The notes under the pieces: model-generated | What the model was told of the DNA's origin: nothing | Databases searched by the model: none | The model's input: the letters and a program-made list of their open reading frames with translations, nothing else | Position numbers and translations under genes: made by a program | Source: Mobula hypostoma | Lineage: Eukaryota | Assembly: GCF_963921235.1 (NCBI RefSeq) | Contig: NC_086108.1 | Span: forward strand, 6,076,001 to 6,140,000 | Direction of reading: 5' to 3' | DNA length: 64,000 nucleotides | Shown here: piece after piece, positions 11,704 to 25,680 of the stretch | How the letters are laid out: every line of letters begins with the position of its first letter | How positions within the stretch are numbered: position 1 is the first letter of the stretch

Positions 11704-13064
11704 TAAAAATAGTGCATAAAGGGAGTTCAGTAGTGAGGTGATATTGACGGGTTCAGGGACCATTAAAAAACCTGATGCAGGAGGGAAAGATGTTCCTGAA
11801 ACGTAGAGTGTGGGTCTTCAAGCTCCTGTATCTCCTCCCTAATGGTAGCAATGAGAAGAGGAGATGTCCCTGGTGGTGATGGTCCTTAATGATGGAAGCT
11901 ATATTTTTGAGGCACCACTTCTGAAGATGTCCTTGATGGTAGGGAGGCTGGTGCCCATGATGGAGCTGGCCAAATTTTCAATCCTTGCCAGGTATTACTG
12001 ATCCTTTACATTGGAGCGTCTAACCCAGACGTTGATGCAACCAGTCAGAATGCTCTCCTTGGTATATCAGATCAGAATAAGAATCCAAATCTCAATCACG
12101 TCTATTATCACTGACACAAGTTTTGGTGCAGTAGTACAATGCAAGACATAAAAAATCACTCCTAAGTTACCATAACAAATGTTGGTTGCCCTTCATGTCC
12201 TAAGATGATAGGAAACCTGTGGGGGAGAGTTTTTGAAGTGCAAAAGCTGTTGCACTGAGGCAGTTCCACTCTGTTGACCTCTGAAGTCCAGGTTCAGTGG
12301 TACGAACAAGCATCACAAACTGGGGCCTTCCTTGGTTGCAGTGGATGACCAGGACATTTTCTGTGCCTTATCGTGCCCTTCGCTCTCTGCGGAGTGTTGC
12401 GATACCACCTTCCTGGCCATTGGATCTCGCTGTAGATCTCATCCACCCAGTCCGCCCCAGCTGACATTGCATGCTAGGACCAGCATGCTCCCTCTTTCAC
12501 TGGGGTATGAGGCCACCGGCTCCCCTCAGCTGGTTCAGCTCGCCTGTTGAAGTGGTGTAGCAGGTTTAGCCACTGTCGCATACAAACAGCTACTTGGAGC
12601 CACAGGTGAGAGCTGTGTGTCCAGTGGGGACTAAAGTTGAGTGACCTGCTCCAGACACGACAAGCCCCTCACCCAGGACGCTACCCCTCCCTGAACACCC
12701 CATACACTCCAACATAAGTACTAATATCACAATAACAACTGACTGGAAAGAATCTTGCTTACAGTGTCTGTCCTAAACTAGGAAGAAATGATTTTCTTTT
12801 GGCTTCTGGCAATAGTGCTAACTCTTACCTACACTCAGAAATGTGAACCGAAAAGGTCATGTAGTTCCTTAGACTAGGAGCTGTTCTTCAGGTGTTTGCC
12901 AGTTGAATTTGGGTGCTTGTCTGCAGTTGATGGCCGTCCATCTGTTTTCTAAACTAAATGTTCAGCTTAGTTCAATTCAGTTTAGTTGAATTTAATGCTC
13001 TGTCATTCACTCTCAGAGAGACAGTCTCTTCTGATCAAAATTGCACAAAATAGCAATAAGATAA

Positions 13065-13280
<216 letters not shown>

Positions 13281-13459
13281 TAATAGGGGTATAAAGTTGC
13301 CCTGATTGAATATGTTTATGGGTGGATTATTGAGAAAGACATTGCTAGAATAAAGTTGAATGAATTATTCCATATCGAGGCTGACAACCAAAAGGGAAAA
13401 GCTTCCATTCATATTGGCACTTTTCATGGCCTCTAGATGTCCCAAACCAAGCATATCAA

Positions 13460-16360
13460 GACTACCACCGTGAGAAGTACATCCAGCTGCAGCTTCCAAC
13501 AATCCACCTTAAAGAGTTGGAGCTAGAATTGGATGAACTCTGGATCGTTCAGCAGGCTGACGGGGTGATAGCTAAGACGTATAGAGAGATAGTTACACCC
13601 AAGGTGCAGGACACAGAAGAGTGGGTAAGTGGAAGGGGAAAGGGATTAAGGAGTCAGTGCAGAGTGACATTCCCCTCAATAACAGGTATTTTACTGAGGA
13701 TACTGTTGGGGGGTGGTGGTGACCTAACAGAGGAAAGTCATAATTATTGGGTCTCTGGCTCTGTGTGTCAGAAGGGAAGGGGGGAGAAGAGGCACGCTGT
13801 GGTGACTGGGAATTCGTTAGTAAGGGGAATGGACAGGAGGTTCTGTGGGTGAGGATGAGATTCCTGGATGGTATGTTGCCTTCCTGGTGCCAGGGTCCTA
13901 GACATCTCGGACCAAGTCCTCAGCATTAAGTTGGAGGGTGAACAGCCAGAAGTCATTCGTGTAGGTGCCAATGATATGGGTAGGGCGAATGACAAGATTC
14001 TGCATGGGGAGTTTAGGGATTTAGGTGTTAAGTTAAAGGGTAGGACCTCCAGGGTTGTGATCGCAGGATCGCTACCCATACCACATGTTAGTGAGGCCAG
14101 AACTGCAAAGATTCTACAGTTTAATACATGGATGAGTTGGTGTAGGAGGGAGGGCATAAGATATTTGGAAAGGTAAGACCTGGATAGATGGAACAGTTTG
14201 CACCTGAACTGGAGGGGGACTAATATAGCGGGAAGGTTTGTTAATGCTACACAGTGGGTTTAAACCAGAGTTGCAGGAGGATGGGAACCAGTGTACAGAA
14301 CAGTTGGTGGATAGGTTCTGGAGGCAGATTTTGGTAAGATGTCAGACAAATTTAGGTGTCATAAGGTTGAGCATGGTGTGACTGGTATTCTGAGCTGCGT
14401 GTATTTCAATGCAAGAAGTATCGTAGGAAAGGTGGATGATAGTGCTGCAGATGAGGTAGCTGATTTACAAATAGGGGCAAAGTGTAGTGAGGGCATTCTG
14501 CTGATGGGGCAAAACTGCAGTCAACAGAATGAGTTGCAATGTAAAAGGTGGATAAAATCAAAAAGGGCGAATACAGGACTGAAGGTGTTATATTTGAATG
14601 CGAACTGTAAACAGAATAAGGTCGATAAACTTGCAGCACAGTTGCAGATTGGCAGGTATGATGTAGGCATCATTGAATCATAGCTGAAAGAAGACTGTAG
14701 CTGGGAGCTTCATGTCCAGGGATACACATTGCATTGAAAGGACAAGTAGAAAGGCAGAGGGGGTGGCGTTGCTCTGTTCGTAAAAAAAATAAAATCTTTA
14801 GAAGGTGACAAAGGATCGGAAGGTGTTGAAAAATTGTGGATAGAGCTAAGGAACTGCAAGGGTAAAAAGACCCTGATGGGACTTGTATACAGTACCCCAA
14901 ATGGTAGTAAGTATGTGGTCTGCAAATAACAGCGGGAGGTAAGGACAATGTTAAATTAGTCATGGGGATTTCAATATACAGGTAGATTTGGAAAATCAGG
15001 TTGGTGCCAGATTCTAGGAGGGGGAATTTTGAGAGTGCCTTCAAGATGGCCTTTAGGTGAGCCCTGTAGGGGATCAGCTAATTCTCGATTGAGTGTTGTG
15101 CAATAAACTAGAATTAATTAGGTAGAGCTTAAGGTAAAAGAACCCTAAGGGCCAAGTGATCATAATATGATCGAATGCACCCTGAAGTTTGAGAAGGAGA
15201 AGTTAAAGTCAGATGTATCAGTATTATAGTGGAGTAAAGGGAATTACAGAGACATGAGAGTGGAGTTGGCCAGAATTCATTGGAAAAGAACACTGGCAGG
15301 GATGACAGCAGAGCAGCAATGGCTGGAATTTCTGGAAGCAATTCAAAAGGCACAGGATGTATACATCCCAGGAAGGAAGACGTTTTCTGTTGGAAAGATG
15401 ACATAACCATGGCTAACAAGAGAAGTCAAAGCCAACATAAAAGCTAAAAAGAGGGCATATAATAGAGCAAAAATTAGTGGGAAGTTAGAGGATTGGGGAT
15501 CTTAAAATCCAACAGAAGGCAACTAAAAAATTCAGTAAGAAGGTGACATTAAAAAGAAACCAAAACTTTCTTCAAGTATATATGTAAAGTGTAAAAAAGA
15601 AGTGAGAGTGGATTGCAGACTGCTGGGAGACAAGAAAATGGAGGACGGAGTGAATATGTATTTTGCATCAACCTTCACTGTGGAAGAGACAAAACAGTAT
15701 GGTGGAAGTTCTAAGTGTCGGGTCAAAAAGAGTGTGAAGTTGCCTTAACTAGAGAGAGGGTTCTTGGGAAACTGAAAAGTCTGAAGGTAGGTAAGTCACC
15801 TAAATCAGATGGTAGATACCCCAGTGTTCTGAAGGAGGTAGCCAAAGGGATCGTGGAGGCATTAGTAATGATCTTTCAAGAATCACTAGATTGTGGAATG
15901 GTTCCAGAAGATAGGAAAATGTCACTCCACTCTTCAAGAAAGAAGAGAGTCAGAAGAAAGGAAACTATAGGCCAATTAATCTGACCTCAGTGGTTGGGAA
16001 GATGTTGGACTCAATTGTTAAGGATGAGGTCTGAGGGTACTTGGAAGCACGTGATAAAATAGGCCATAGTCAACATGGTTTCCTCAAGGGAAAATCTTGC
16101 CTGATAAATCTGTTGGAATTCTTTGAAGAAATAACAAGCAATATAGACAAAGGAGAATCAGTTGATGTTATGTACTTGGATTTTCAGAAGGCATTTGACA
16201 AAGTGCCACACATGAGGGTGCTTAACAAGCTATGAGCCCATGGTATTACAGGAAAGAATCATGGATAAGGCAGTGGCTGATTGGCAGGAGGCAAAGAGTG
16301 GGAATGAGGGAGCCTTTTCTGGTTGGCTGGCAGTGACTAGTGGTGCTTCACAGGGGTCAT
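13460..16360 (+). mobile_element. Degenerate CR1 with SGNH-esterase ORF1 remnant and endonuclease/RT ORF2 remnants
   Basis: VVTGNSLVRG...VCCLPGARV...VGANDMG (SGNH-like blocks); YFNARSI and LYLNAN (APE start); [13 protein letters not shown]. Confidence 0.85.
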
Positions 16361-17185
16361 AAGATAGAGGAGCAGACTTAGGATTAGGCCATTTGGCCTG
16401 TCAAGTCTGCTCCACCGTTTCATCTTGGCTGCTTCATTTCCCTCTCAGCCCCAATCTACTTTCTTCCCATATCCCTTCATGCTGTGACTAATTAAGAATC
16501 AATCTATCTCTGCTGTAAGTATATTCAATGACTTGGCCATCACCACCACCTGTGCTGACAAATTCCACAGTTTTTCCTCTCTCTGCTAAAGAAATTCCTC
16601 CTCATTTCTGTTCTAAATGGATGTCCCTTCTATTGAGGCTGTGTCCTGTGGTCTTGGACTCCCCCACCATAGGAAACATCCTCTCCACATCCACTGTATT
16701 GAGGTTTTTCAACGTTCAGTACATTTCAATTAGATCACCCCCTCATTCTTCTGAATTTGAGTGAGTACAGGCCCAGAGCCATCAAACGCTCCTCGTATGA
16801 CAAGCCTTTCAATCCTGGAATCATTTTCGTGAACCTCCTTTGAACGGAAATAAGCTCTTATCAGCTGATTGATAAGTGTATAAAGGCCAAGCTTTTGGAG
16901 GACACACCATAATCAACAGCATACTGACAATGTCTCCTCGCATGTCTGAGAAGAATTCAACCCAGTCATCAACCACCCAGGCTACACATTGTACTGATTT
17001 GAACCCTCTCCAATGTCGGCACATCTTTTCTTAGATGGGGCCCCAAAATTGCTCATAATATTCTAAGTGAGGCCCCATTAGTGCCTTATAAAGCCTCAAC
17101 ATTACCTTCTTGCTTTTGTATTCTAGTCCTCTCAACGTGAATGCTGACGCCGCATTTGCTTTTCTCACCATCGAATCATCCTGTT
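16360..17185 (-). mobile_element. CR1 3' fragment, minus strand
   Basis: Reverse complement of the CR1 3' UTR and C-terminal coding region; contains a 152-bp insert at 16846-16997. Confidence 0.75.
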
Positions 17186-17364
17186 AGGGTGCATTGTTAT
17201 GCTTTTCCAGATTTCCCTCCCTTTACTTGCACCCTGAGTTGAATGTAATGGTCCAACAGATCCCACAGTTCCACTGGGAGTTGTTGAGATGTCAGGAGGA
17301 GGAAAATAAGCAAGTAGATTTTTAAGTTGGCACAGTTGTTGTTCTCTTCAACTAACTTTCCTAA

Positions 17365-17625
<261 letters not shown>

Positions 17626-20350
17626 TAAATTTTATTACCAAAGTACATGTATGTCACCACATAGAGCCCTGAGATTCTTTCTCCTGTGGGCATACTCAGC
17701 AAATCTATAGAATAGTAACTGTAAAGAGGATCAATGAAAGATAAAGTAGAACATAGAAGACGACAAACTGTGCAACTACAAATATAAGTAAATAGCAATA
17801 AATAACAAGAACATCAGATAGTGAAATAAAGAGTCCTTAAACTGAGATCTTTGGTTATGGGAATATCTTAATGATGGGGCAAGTGAGTGTAGTTAATCCA
17901 CTTTTATTCAAGAGCCAGAAGGTTGAGGAGTAGTAACTATTCTTGAACCTGATGGTGTGAGTCCTGAGGTGCTTGTACCTTCTACCTGATGGCAGCTGCG
18001 GGAAAAGAACAAGCATGGGTGGTGAGGATTTCTGATGATGGATGCTGTTTCGCTATGACAGCATTTCACGTAGAGGGCTTTACCTGTGATATACTGGGCT
18101 TAATCCACTACCAAACAGTTCAGGAATATAAAGCAGAAGTGGAGAGGGTGAGCACTTTCAAGTTCCCGGGTGTCAACATCTCTGAGGATCTATCCTGGGC
18201 CCAACATATCGATGCAGTTACAAATAAAGCATGATAGCGGCTTTATTGAGGAGATTTGGTATGTCACCAAAGACATACACAAATTTCTGCAGATGTGCAG
18301 TGGAGAGCTCCACCATGGCTCCACCATGGGAGGCCAGTTTCCTCTGCACTTCCTGGTCTCTCGTTTGTATCACTCGTATTCACTAGTTCATTCTCTGTTT
18401 CATTTTTATGTATCCTCTTCACAATCTTCCCCTTCAATGTACGTGTGAGAAATAAAGATAATCTCGATTGTTTAGTTATGGTTAAATTGGAGGTTGACAG
18501 GTTATTGATTAGTCAGGGCGTGAAAAGTTACAGGAGAAAGCAGGATAAAGTGGTTGAGAGGGATAATAAATCAGCCGTGATGTAATGTAAAGCTAACTTG
18601 ATGGGCTGATTGGCCTTATTCTGCACTGATGTCAAATACTGTTTTATTTCAGCTTCCTCTCCCTTAGCTTAATTGTAGTCAATGGGATATAAAGAGGCGA
18701 TGCAAATATAAATTACTACTGTATTTCTTTTACAGCACTGTCTTTCCTGTTTTCTTCTCTTTACTGCTCTTTCTCCTTTATATTCAAAGATTCATTTATT
18801 GTCAGAGTATGTATGCGGTATACAATTCTGAAATTCTTCTCCTCTGGATGGCCACGAATCAAAGTAAACCTTGGAAGTCATTCAAAGAGAAATAGCAACC
18901 CCTCCCCCCCCCCAACCGCACAACAAGCACAGCAACACAATCATTAACTCCCAAAGCCCCCTTCACTGCACAATATGTCAGAAGTATACTGGACCCCAAA
19001 TATCCCTCTTCCCGCATGAAAAGATAAACAAAATCTCAACAAGGACATTTTGCCTTAAATCCCTTCTCCCTGCACATAAAGAAACCAAGAAAGAACAGGC
19101 AGAAACATGGAGTATAAAACTCTGTAAGACTGAAAAAAGTCCATAGGCCAAACTCATATCTATATCCATATCAATAAACGCAAAAAGCCTCAGTGACCTC
19201 CTCTGGGCACAGCGACAGTGATATATTTTACCACAGCCACCCCTTTCTCCTACTCACTACTATCTTCTGGGTTAGTGCTGAGTGGTGTTTGTCCATTGAT
19301 GACTGGAGATCTGTATGAGAGAGTTCTATAAACTGGGAAAGCTGTTGCACTGGGGCAGTTCTACTCTCAACTTTGGAAGTCGGGGTCCAGTGGCATGAAC
19401 AAGTGTCACAAACTGGGGTCTTCCTTGGTTGCAGTGGATGACCATGATGTCTTCTGTGCCTTGTCATGCCTTTTGCTCTGCACAGACCATTACAGAATGG
19501 CCTTCCTGGTTGTTGGACCTCACTGTAGATCTCATCCACCCAGTCCACTTGAGCTGTCTTCACATGCGAGGACAGGCACATCCCTATTCCATCGGGGTAT
19601 GAGTTCCGCCGGCTACCCTAACCTGCTTTAGCCCGTCTGTTGAAGGGGTGTACCAGGTGCAGCCGCTGTCGCATGCAAACAGCTACTTGGAGCCACAGGT
19701 GAGAGCAGAGTGTGCGGTGGGGACCACAAGTGAGTGAGCTGCCCCAGATTGGACAGGGTAAGCCCCTTCACCAGAGGTGCTATCCATCCCTGGCTATCCA
19801 TACAACCCAGTAGTGAAAAGGCTCCACCAAAATGAAGCAATATTAAATGCTCAAATACGAGCTGAGTTTCACCTTAGTTATATCACTTGTAAGTGCCGTG
19901 GCATGGTTTTCTAATAAGCAGTTTCTATTACAGGAATATATATATATAATGTATATTTTTTTTATATCTAAATTCATGTAAAATTGAAGAGGGAAGATTA
20001 TTGTTATTTGTTAAATGTATATTGAGACATACAGTGAAATATGTTTATGTCGATGACCAACATAGTCCAAATATGTGCTGGAGGCAGCCCACAAGTGTCG
20101 CCATGCTTCTGGCGCCAATATAGCACACCCACATCTTACTAACTCTAACCTGTACAGCTTTGAAATGTGGGAGGAAACCCACGTGGTCAACGTACAAACT
20201 CCATGTGCTGGGTGGCGATGACATTACATGCCCCCTGTTGTAACTATGAACAAAGTCACTGGAAAAGACACTGAAGCTTGTGGATATGGAAGCCTTTATT
20301 CTCGCAAACCGAGTATGCAGGCATCATATTTGAGAAGCTCATGAAAGAAG

Positions 20351-20557
20351 AGCAACACTCACAACACGCTGGAGGAACTCAGCAGGTTGGGCAGTATCCG
20401 TGGAAAAGATCGGTCGACGTTTCGGGCCGGAACCCTTCGACAGGTTCCGGCCCGAAACGTCGACCGATCTTTTCCACAGATGCTGCCCAACCTGCTGAGT
20501 TCCTCCAGCGTGTTGTGAGTGTTGCTTTGACCTCAGCATCTGCAGATTATTTTGTGT
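20351..20557. mobile_element. Short palindromic Penelope-derived insertion
   Basis: 84-bp inverted arms (20351-20434 and 20443-20526, 2 mismatches), ~30-bp 3' extension, direct repeat TCATGAAAGAAGAG at 20339-20352 and 20558-20571. Confidence 0.8.
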
Positions 20558-21120
20558 TCATGAAAGAAGAGACCTCTTCGACTCAATATTACATGGCATT
20601 TTTATATGCTAAAGAACAAAGGTAACAGCAGTTCTATAGTTACAATGTGTCTACAATGCTTCCTTTCAATTACATACAGTTTTCAAACACCTTCGACCCT
20701 CACTCCAGACACCCAAAATGACTTTAGGCTGCATTCATGTAGATGCAGGCACCTGAGGTCCAAGTGGAATGTTCCTTTGTTTGTGATTGAGCCCAACCTG
20801 AAGCTCCAGGAAGCCCATTATTCTGAGCTGTTTTAAATTCAATCTGCAATCCACATTCAAATCTGAAAATTGGTTGCTAGTGAAATTAATATTTGCTATA
20901 TACCCTAACAGCAGAATACACCCTAACACCCACAACTCACTAACCCTAACCTGGACGTCATTGAAATGTAGGAGGAAACCCATGTGGTCAACGTAGAAAC
21001 TCCTTACAGACAGCAGCAGGAATTGCTGGCGCTGTGAAGCATTACGCTAACTGTGCCAAATAGCCTAGATTTTATTACTGAGTTGTTGTGTGAAATCAGT
21101 TTTTGTTTTTGTCCTTGTAG

Positions 21121-21294
<174 letters not shown>

Positions 21295-21334
21295 TGAATA
21301 TTTCACCTCACCTGAATTTGACAGTGTCAAGATT

Positions 21335-21900
21335 ATAGAACAGTACATCACCGGAACAGGCCATTCAGCCCACAGTGTTGTACCAAACCAACTAAAAAGC
21401 AAATCAAAAACACCTGAACACTAATCCCTACAACCTACACAATGTCCATGTCGCTCCATCTTTCTCACTCCATGTGCCTATTTAAACCTCTCTTAAAAGA
21501 CTCAAATGTATTTGCCTCCACCACCATACCAGGTAGCTCATTCCAGGCATCCACCACTCTCTGAGTAAAAAACTTAACCCTCACATTTTCCTTGAACCTG
21601 CCAGCCTCTCTCTCCTTCAATGCATGTCCTCTAGTACTAGGTATTTCAATCCTGGGAAATAGATACCCTCTGTCCACTCTATCTATGCCTCTCATAATTC
21701 TATAAACCTTGATCAGATCTCCCCTCAGCCCCCAATGCTCCAGAGAAATACAACCCAAGTTTACCCAGCCTGTCATGATAGCACATGCCCTCTAAATCAG
21801 GCAGCACTCTCTCCAAAGCTTCAACATCTTTCCTATAGTGGGGTGACCAGAACTGTAAGCAATACACCAGAAGTGTCCTAACCAGTTATAAAGTTGCATT
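21335..21900 (-). mobile_element. CR1 3' fragment
   Basis: Minus ORF LRGDLIKVYRIMRGIDRVD...FFTQRVVDAWN. Confidence 0.85.
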
Positions 21901-22094
21901 TACCATTTCAAGCCCTGTAAATGTTTTTCTCAATGTTCAGAGAGATGAGTTCCTGGACTACTTCACCACCTTAGTTTTTAATTCCACCCAAACTGATTTT
22001 ACTTGTTTTCTGATGCAAAATCCTTCTGTACTAACCTATGTCTCTGAGAAACAGTGTGTATTGAATCAGATGGATACCTAGACTCTGTGTAGTG

Positions 22095-23225
22095 AATTGA
22101 ATTGACTTTATTACTTACATCCTTCATATACATGAGGAGTAAAACTCTCCATCTAAATGTGCAATGTGCAATTTATAGTAATTTATAATAAATAGTATGT
22201 ACAATAGGACAGCCAATATAACATAGAAATACAGTGGTGTCAGCATGAATTAATCAGTCTGATGGCCTGGTGGAAGAAGCTGTCCGGGAGCCTGCTGGTC
22301 CTAGATTTTATGCTGTGGTACCGTTTCCTGAATGGTAGCAGCTGGAACAGTTTGTGGTTGGGGTGACTCAGGTCCCCAGTGATCCTTCGGGCCCTTTTTA
22401 TACACCGCTCTCTGTAAATGTCCTAAATAGTGGGAAGTTCACATCTACAGATGTTCTGGGCTGTCTGCACCACTCTCTGCGGAGTTCTGCGATTGAGGGA
22501 AGTATAGTTCCCATACCAGGCAGTGATGCAGCCAGTCAAGATGCTCCCAATTGTGCCCCTATAGAAAGTTATTAGGATTTGGGGGCCCATACCAAACTTC
22601 TTCAACAGTCTGAGGTGAAAGAGGCGCTGTTGTGCCCTTTTCACCACACAGCCGATATGTACAGACCACATGAGATCGTGAGATCCTTGGTGTTCTTTAT
22701 GCTGAGGAATTTAAAGCTGTTCGTCCTCTCAACCCCAGATCCATTGATGTCAATAGGGGCTAACCTATCTCCATTCCTCCTGTAGTCCACAACCAGCTCC
22801 TTTGTTTTTGTGATGTTGAGGGAGAGGTTGTTTTTTTGACACCACTGTGTCAGGATAATGACTTCTCTGTAGGCTGCCTCATTATTATTTGAGATTAGTC
22901 CAATCAGTGTAGTGTTGTCAGCAAATTTAATTAGCAGATTGGAGCTGTGGGTGGTGATACAGTCATGGGTATACAGCAAGTAAAAGATGGGGCTTAGTAC
23001 ACAGTCCTGAGGGGCACCTGTGTTGAGGGTCAGAGGTGAGGGAGTCCACTCTTACCACCTGCCAGCAATCTTACAGGAAATCCAGGATCCAGCTACACAA
23101 GGCAGGGTGAAGGCCAAGGTCTCTCAGCTTCTTCTCAAGCCTGGAGGAAATTACGGTATTGTAGTCCAAGAACAGCATTCTCATATAAGCATCCTTCTTC
23201 TCCAGATGTGAAAGGATGGTGTGTA
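22095..23225 (-). mobile_element. Rex1/Babar LINE 3' portion
   Basis: LYTHDC...IKFADNTTLIGLI...KTKELVVDYR and KRAQQRLFHLRLLKKF, typical of Rex1 RT. Confidence 0.85.
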
Positions 23226-23656
23226 GAGCTGTGGGCACTAGTTTGGTGCCACTTTCAACAGTGCAAATTACACCATGAGTTCACTTTACCCATAAAGTTT
23301 TCAGGCACATCCTATTCTTGTCAGCATCAAACAGTGCCCCAACTAACCCTAGAAATCCCAGATAGCGTAGTAATCAGCGCAACGCTATTAGAGCTCATGG
23401 TGTCCGAGTTCGGGGTTCATTTCCGAGACCCTCTGTCAGAAGTTCTATGTCTTTTCCATGAGCGCATGGGACAGCACTGTAGCGTGGTAGATGGGTTGGT
23501 TGGTTAGTTGGTTGGCAGCCAGGTAGGTAGGTATGTAGGAAGAAGCTAAGTGGTGCAGCTTGTTGGGCCTGTTCTGCACTGTACTCTACCTCTAAATCAG
23601 GGATTCCCAACCCCTTTTATGCCATTAAGCAAGGGGTCAGTGGACCCCAGGTTGGG

Positions 23657-23755
23657 AACCCTTGATCCAAATAAATAAACAAATACACAGCAGAGCTTTG
23701 CCTGATGCAGGAAAAGCTCTGCTGTGTATTTGTTTATTTATTTGGATCAAGGGTT
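23657..23755. repeat. Near-perfect 99-bp palindrome
   Basis: 43-bp perfect arm, 1 mismatch, CCTG/CAGG stem and a 3-nt loop (ATG). Confidence 0.9.
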
Positions 23756-23789
23756 GATGAGTGTTGGTTAATGATGCATCGTTAAGTAC

Positions 23790-25680
23790 AACAAAGCAAA
23801 AATTGGGAAGATAGAGGATTGGGAAGTTTTTAAAGACCTACAAAGAGCAACTAAAATATCATAAGAAGGGAAAAGATAAAATATGAAAGCAAATAATATC
23901 AAACTGCATAGTAAAAGTTTTTAAGTATGTTAACAATAAAAGAGATGAGAGTGGATATAGGACTGCTAGAAAATAAGGCAGGAGAAATAATAACAGGGGA
24001 CAAGGAGATGGCTGATGAACTAAATGAGTATTTTCAATCAGTCTTTACTGGGTGACACTAGCAGTATGCCTGATGTTGTAGTGTGTGAAGGAAGGGAAGT
24101 GGGTGCAGTTCCTGTTACAAGAGAGAAGGTGCTCAAAAAGCTGAAGGACCTAAACGTACATAAGTCACCCAGACCAGAGGAACTGCACCCTAGGGTTCCG
24201 AAAGAGGTAGCGGTAGAGATTGTGGCATTAGAAATGATCTTTCAAAAATCAATGGACTCTGGTATGGTGCCAGAGGACTGGAAAATTGCAAATGTTACTC
24301 TACTCTTTAAGAAAGGAGGAAGGCAGCAGAAAGGAAATTATAGACCAGTTGGCCTGACCTGAGTGGCTGGGAAAATGTTGCAATCAATTGTTAAGGATGA
24401 GGTGATGACACTTGGTGACACAGGACAAGATAGTAAAAAGTCAGCATGGTTTCCTTCAGAGAAAACCCTGCCTGACAATCCTGTTGGAATTCTTTGAGGA
24501 AATTACAGGTAGGATAGATGAAGAGGATACAGTGGATGTTGTATATTTGGACTTTCAGAAGGCCTTTGACAAGGTGCCACACATGAGGCTGCTTACCAAG
24601 TTAAAAGCCTATAGTAGTACAGGAAAGTTAATAACATGGTTAGAACATTGGCTGACTGGTAGGAGGCAGCAAATGGGAATAAAAGGATCCTTTTCTGGTT
24701 GGCTGCCAGAGACTTGGATGTGGGAATAGATGGCCTTGTTGCCAAGTTTGCAGATGATACGAAGATTGGTGGAGGGGCATTTAGTGTTGAGGAAACAGGT
24801 AGGATGCAGAAGGACTTAAACAGGTTAGGAGAATGGGCAAGAAAGTGCCAGATGAAATACAATGTCGGAAAATGCATGGTCATGGGCTTTGGTAGTAGAA
24901 ATAAATGTGCGGTCTATTTTCTAAATGGGGAGAAAATCTAAACATCTGAGATGCAGAGGGACTTGGGAGACTTTGTGCAGAACACCCTGAAGGTTAACTT
25001 GCAGGTTGAGTCGGTGGTGAGGAAGGCAAATGCTATCTTAACATTCATTTCAAGAGGTCTAGAATACCAGAGCAAGGATGTGATGCTGAGGCTTTATAAG
25101 GCACTGGTGAGGCCTGACCTTGAGTATTGTGAACAGTTTTGGGCCCTTATCTTAGAAAAGATGTGCTGGCCTTGGAGAGGGTCCAGAGGAGGTTCACAAG
25201 GATGATTCCTGGAATGAAAGGGTTATCAATATGAGGAACATTTGAAGGCTCAGCATCTGTACTTGCTGGAATTCAGAAGCACGAGGGGGGATTGCATTGA
25301 AACCTTTGGAATATTGAAAGGCCTAGACAGAGTAGATGTGGAAAGGATGTTTCCCATGATGGGAGAGGCTAAGACAAGAGGGCACAACCTCAGGTTAGAG
25401 AACCTGCCCTTTCAAAAGAGAGATGCGGAGAAATTTATTTAGCCAAAGGGTGGTGAATTTGTGGAATTTGTTGCCACATGAAGCTGTGGAGGCCAGGTCG
25501 TTGGGTGTATTTAAGGCAGGGATTGATAGGTTTTTGATTGGACATGCCATCAAAGGTTATGGGGTGAAGGCCAGAAAGTGGGGTTGAAAAGGAGATTAAA
25601 AAAGAATCACCCATGATTGAATGGTGGAGTAGACTTGATGGGCCAGACAGCCTAATTCTGCTCCTATGACTTATGGTTGT
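23790..25680 (+). mobile_element. Degenerate 5'-truncated CR1 LINE
   Basis: Frameshifted ORFs with [23 protein letters not shown] and KFADDTKIG. Confidence 0.9.
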
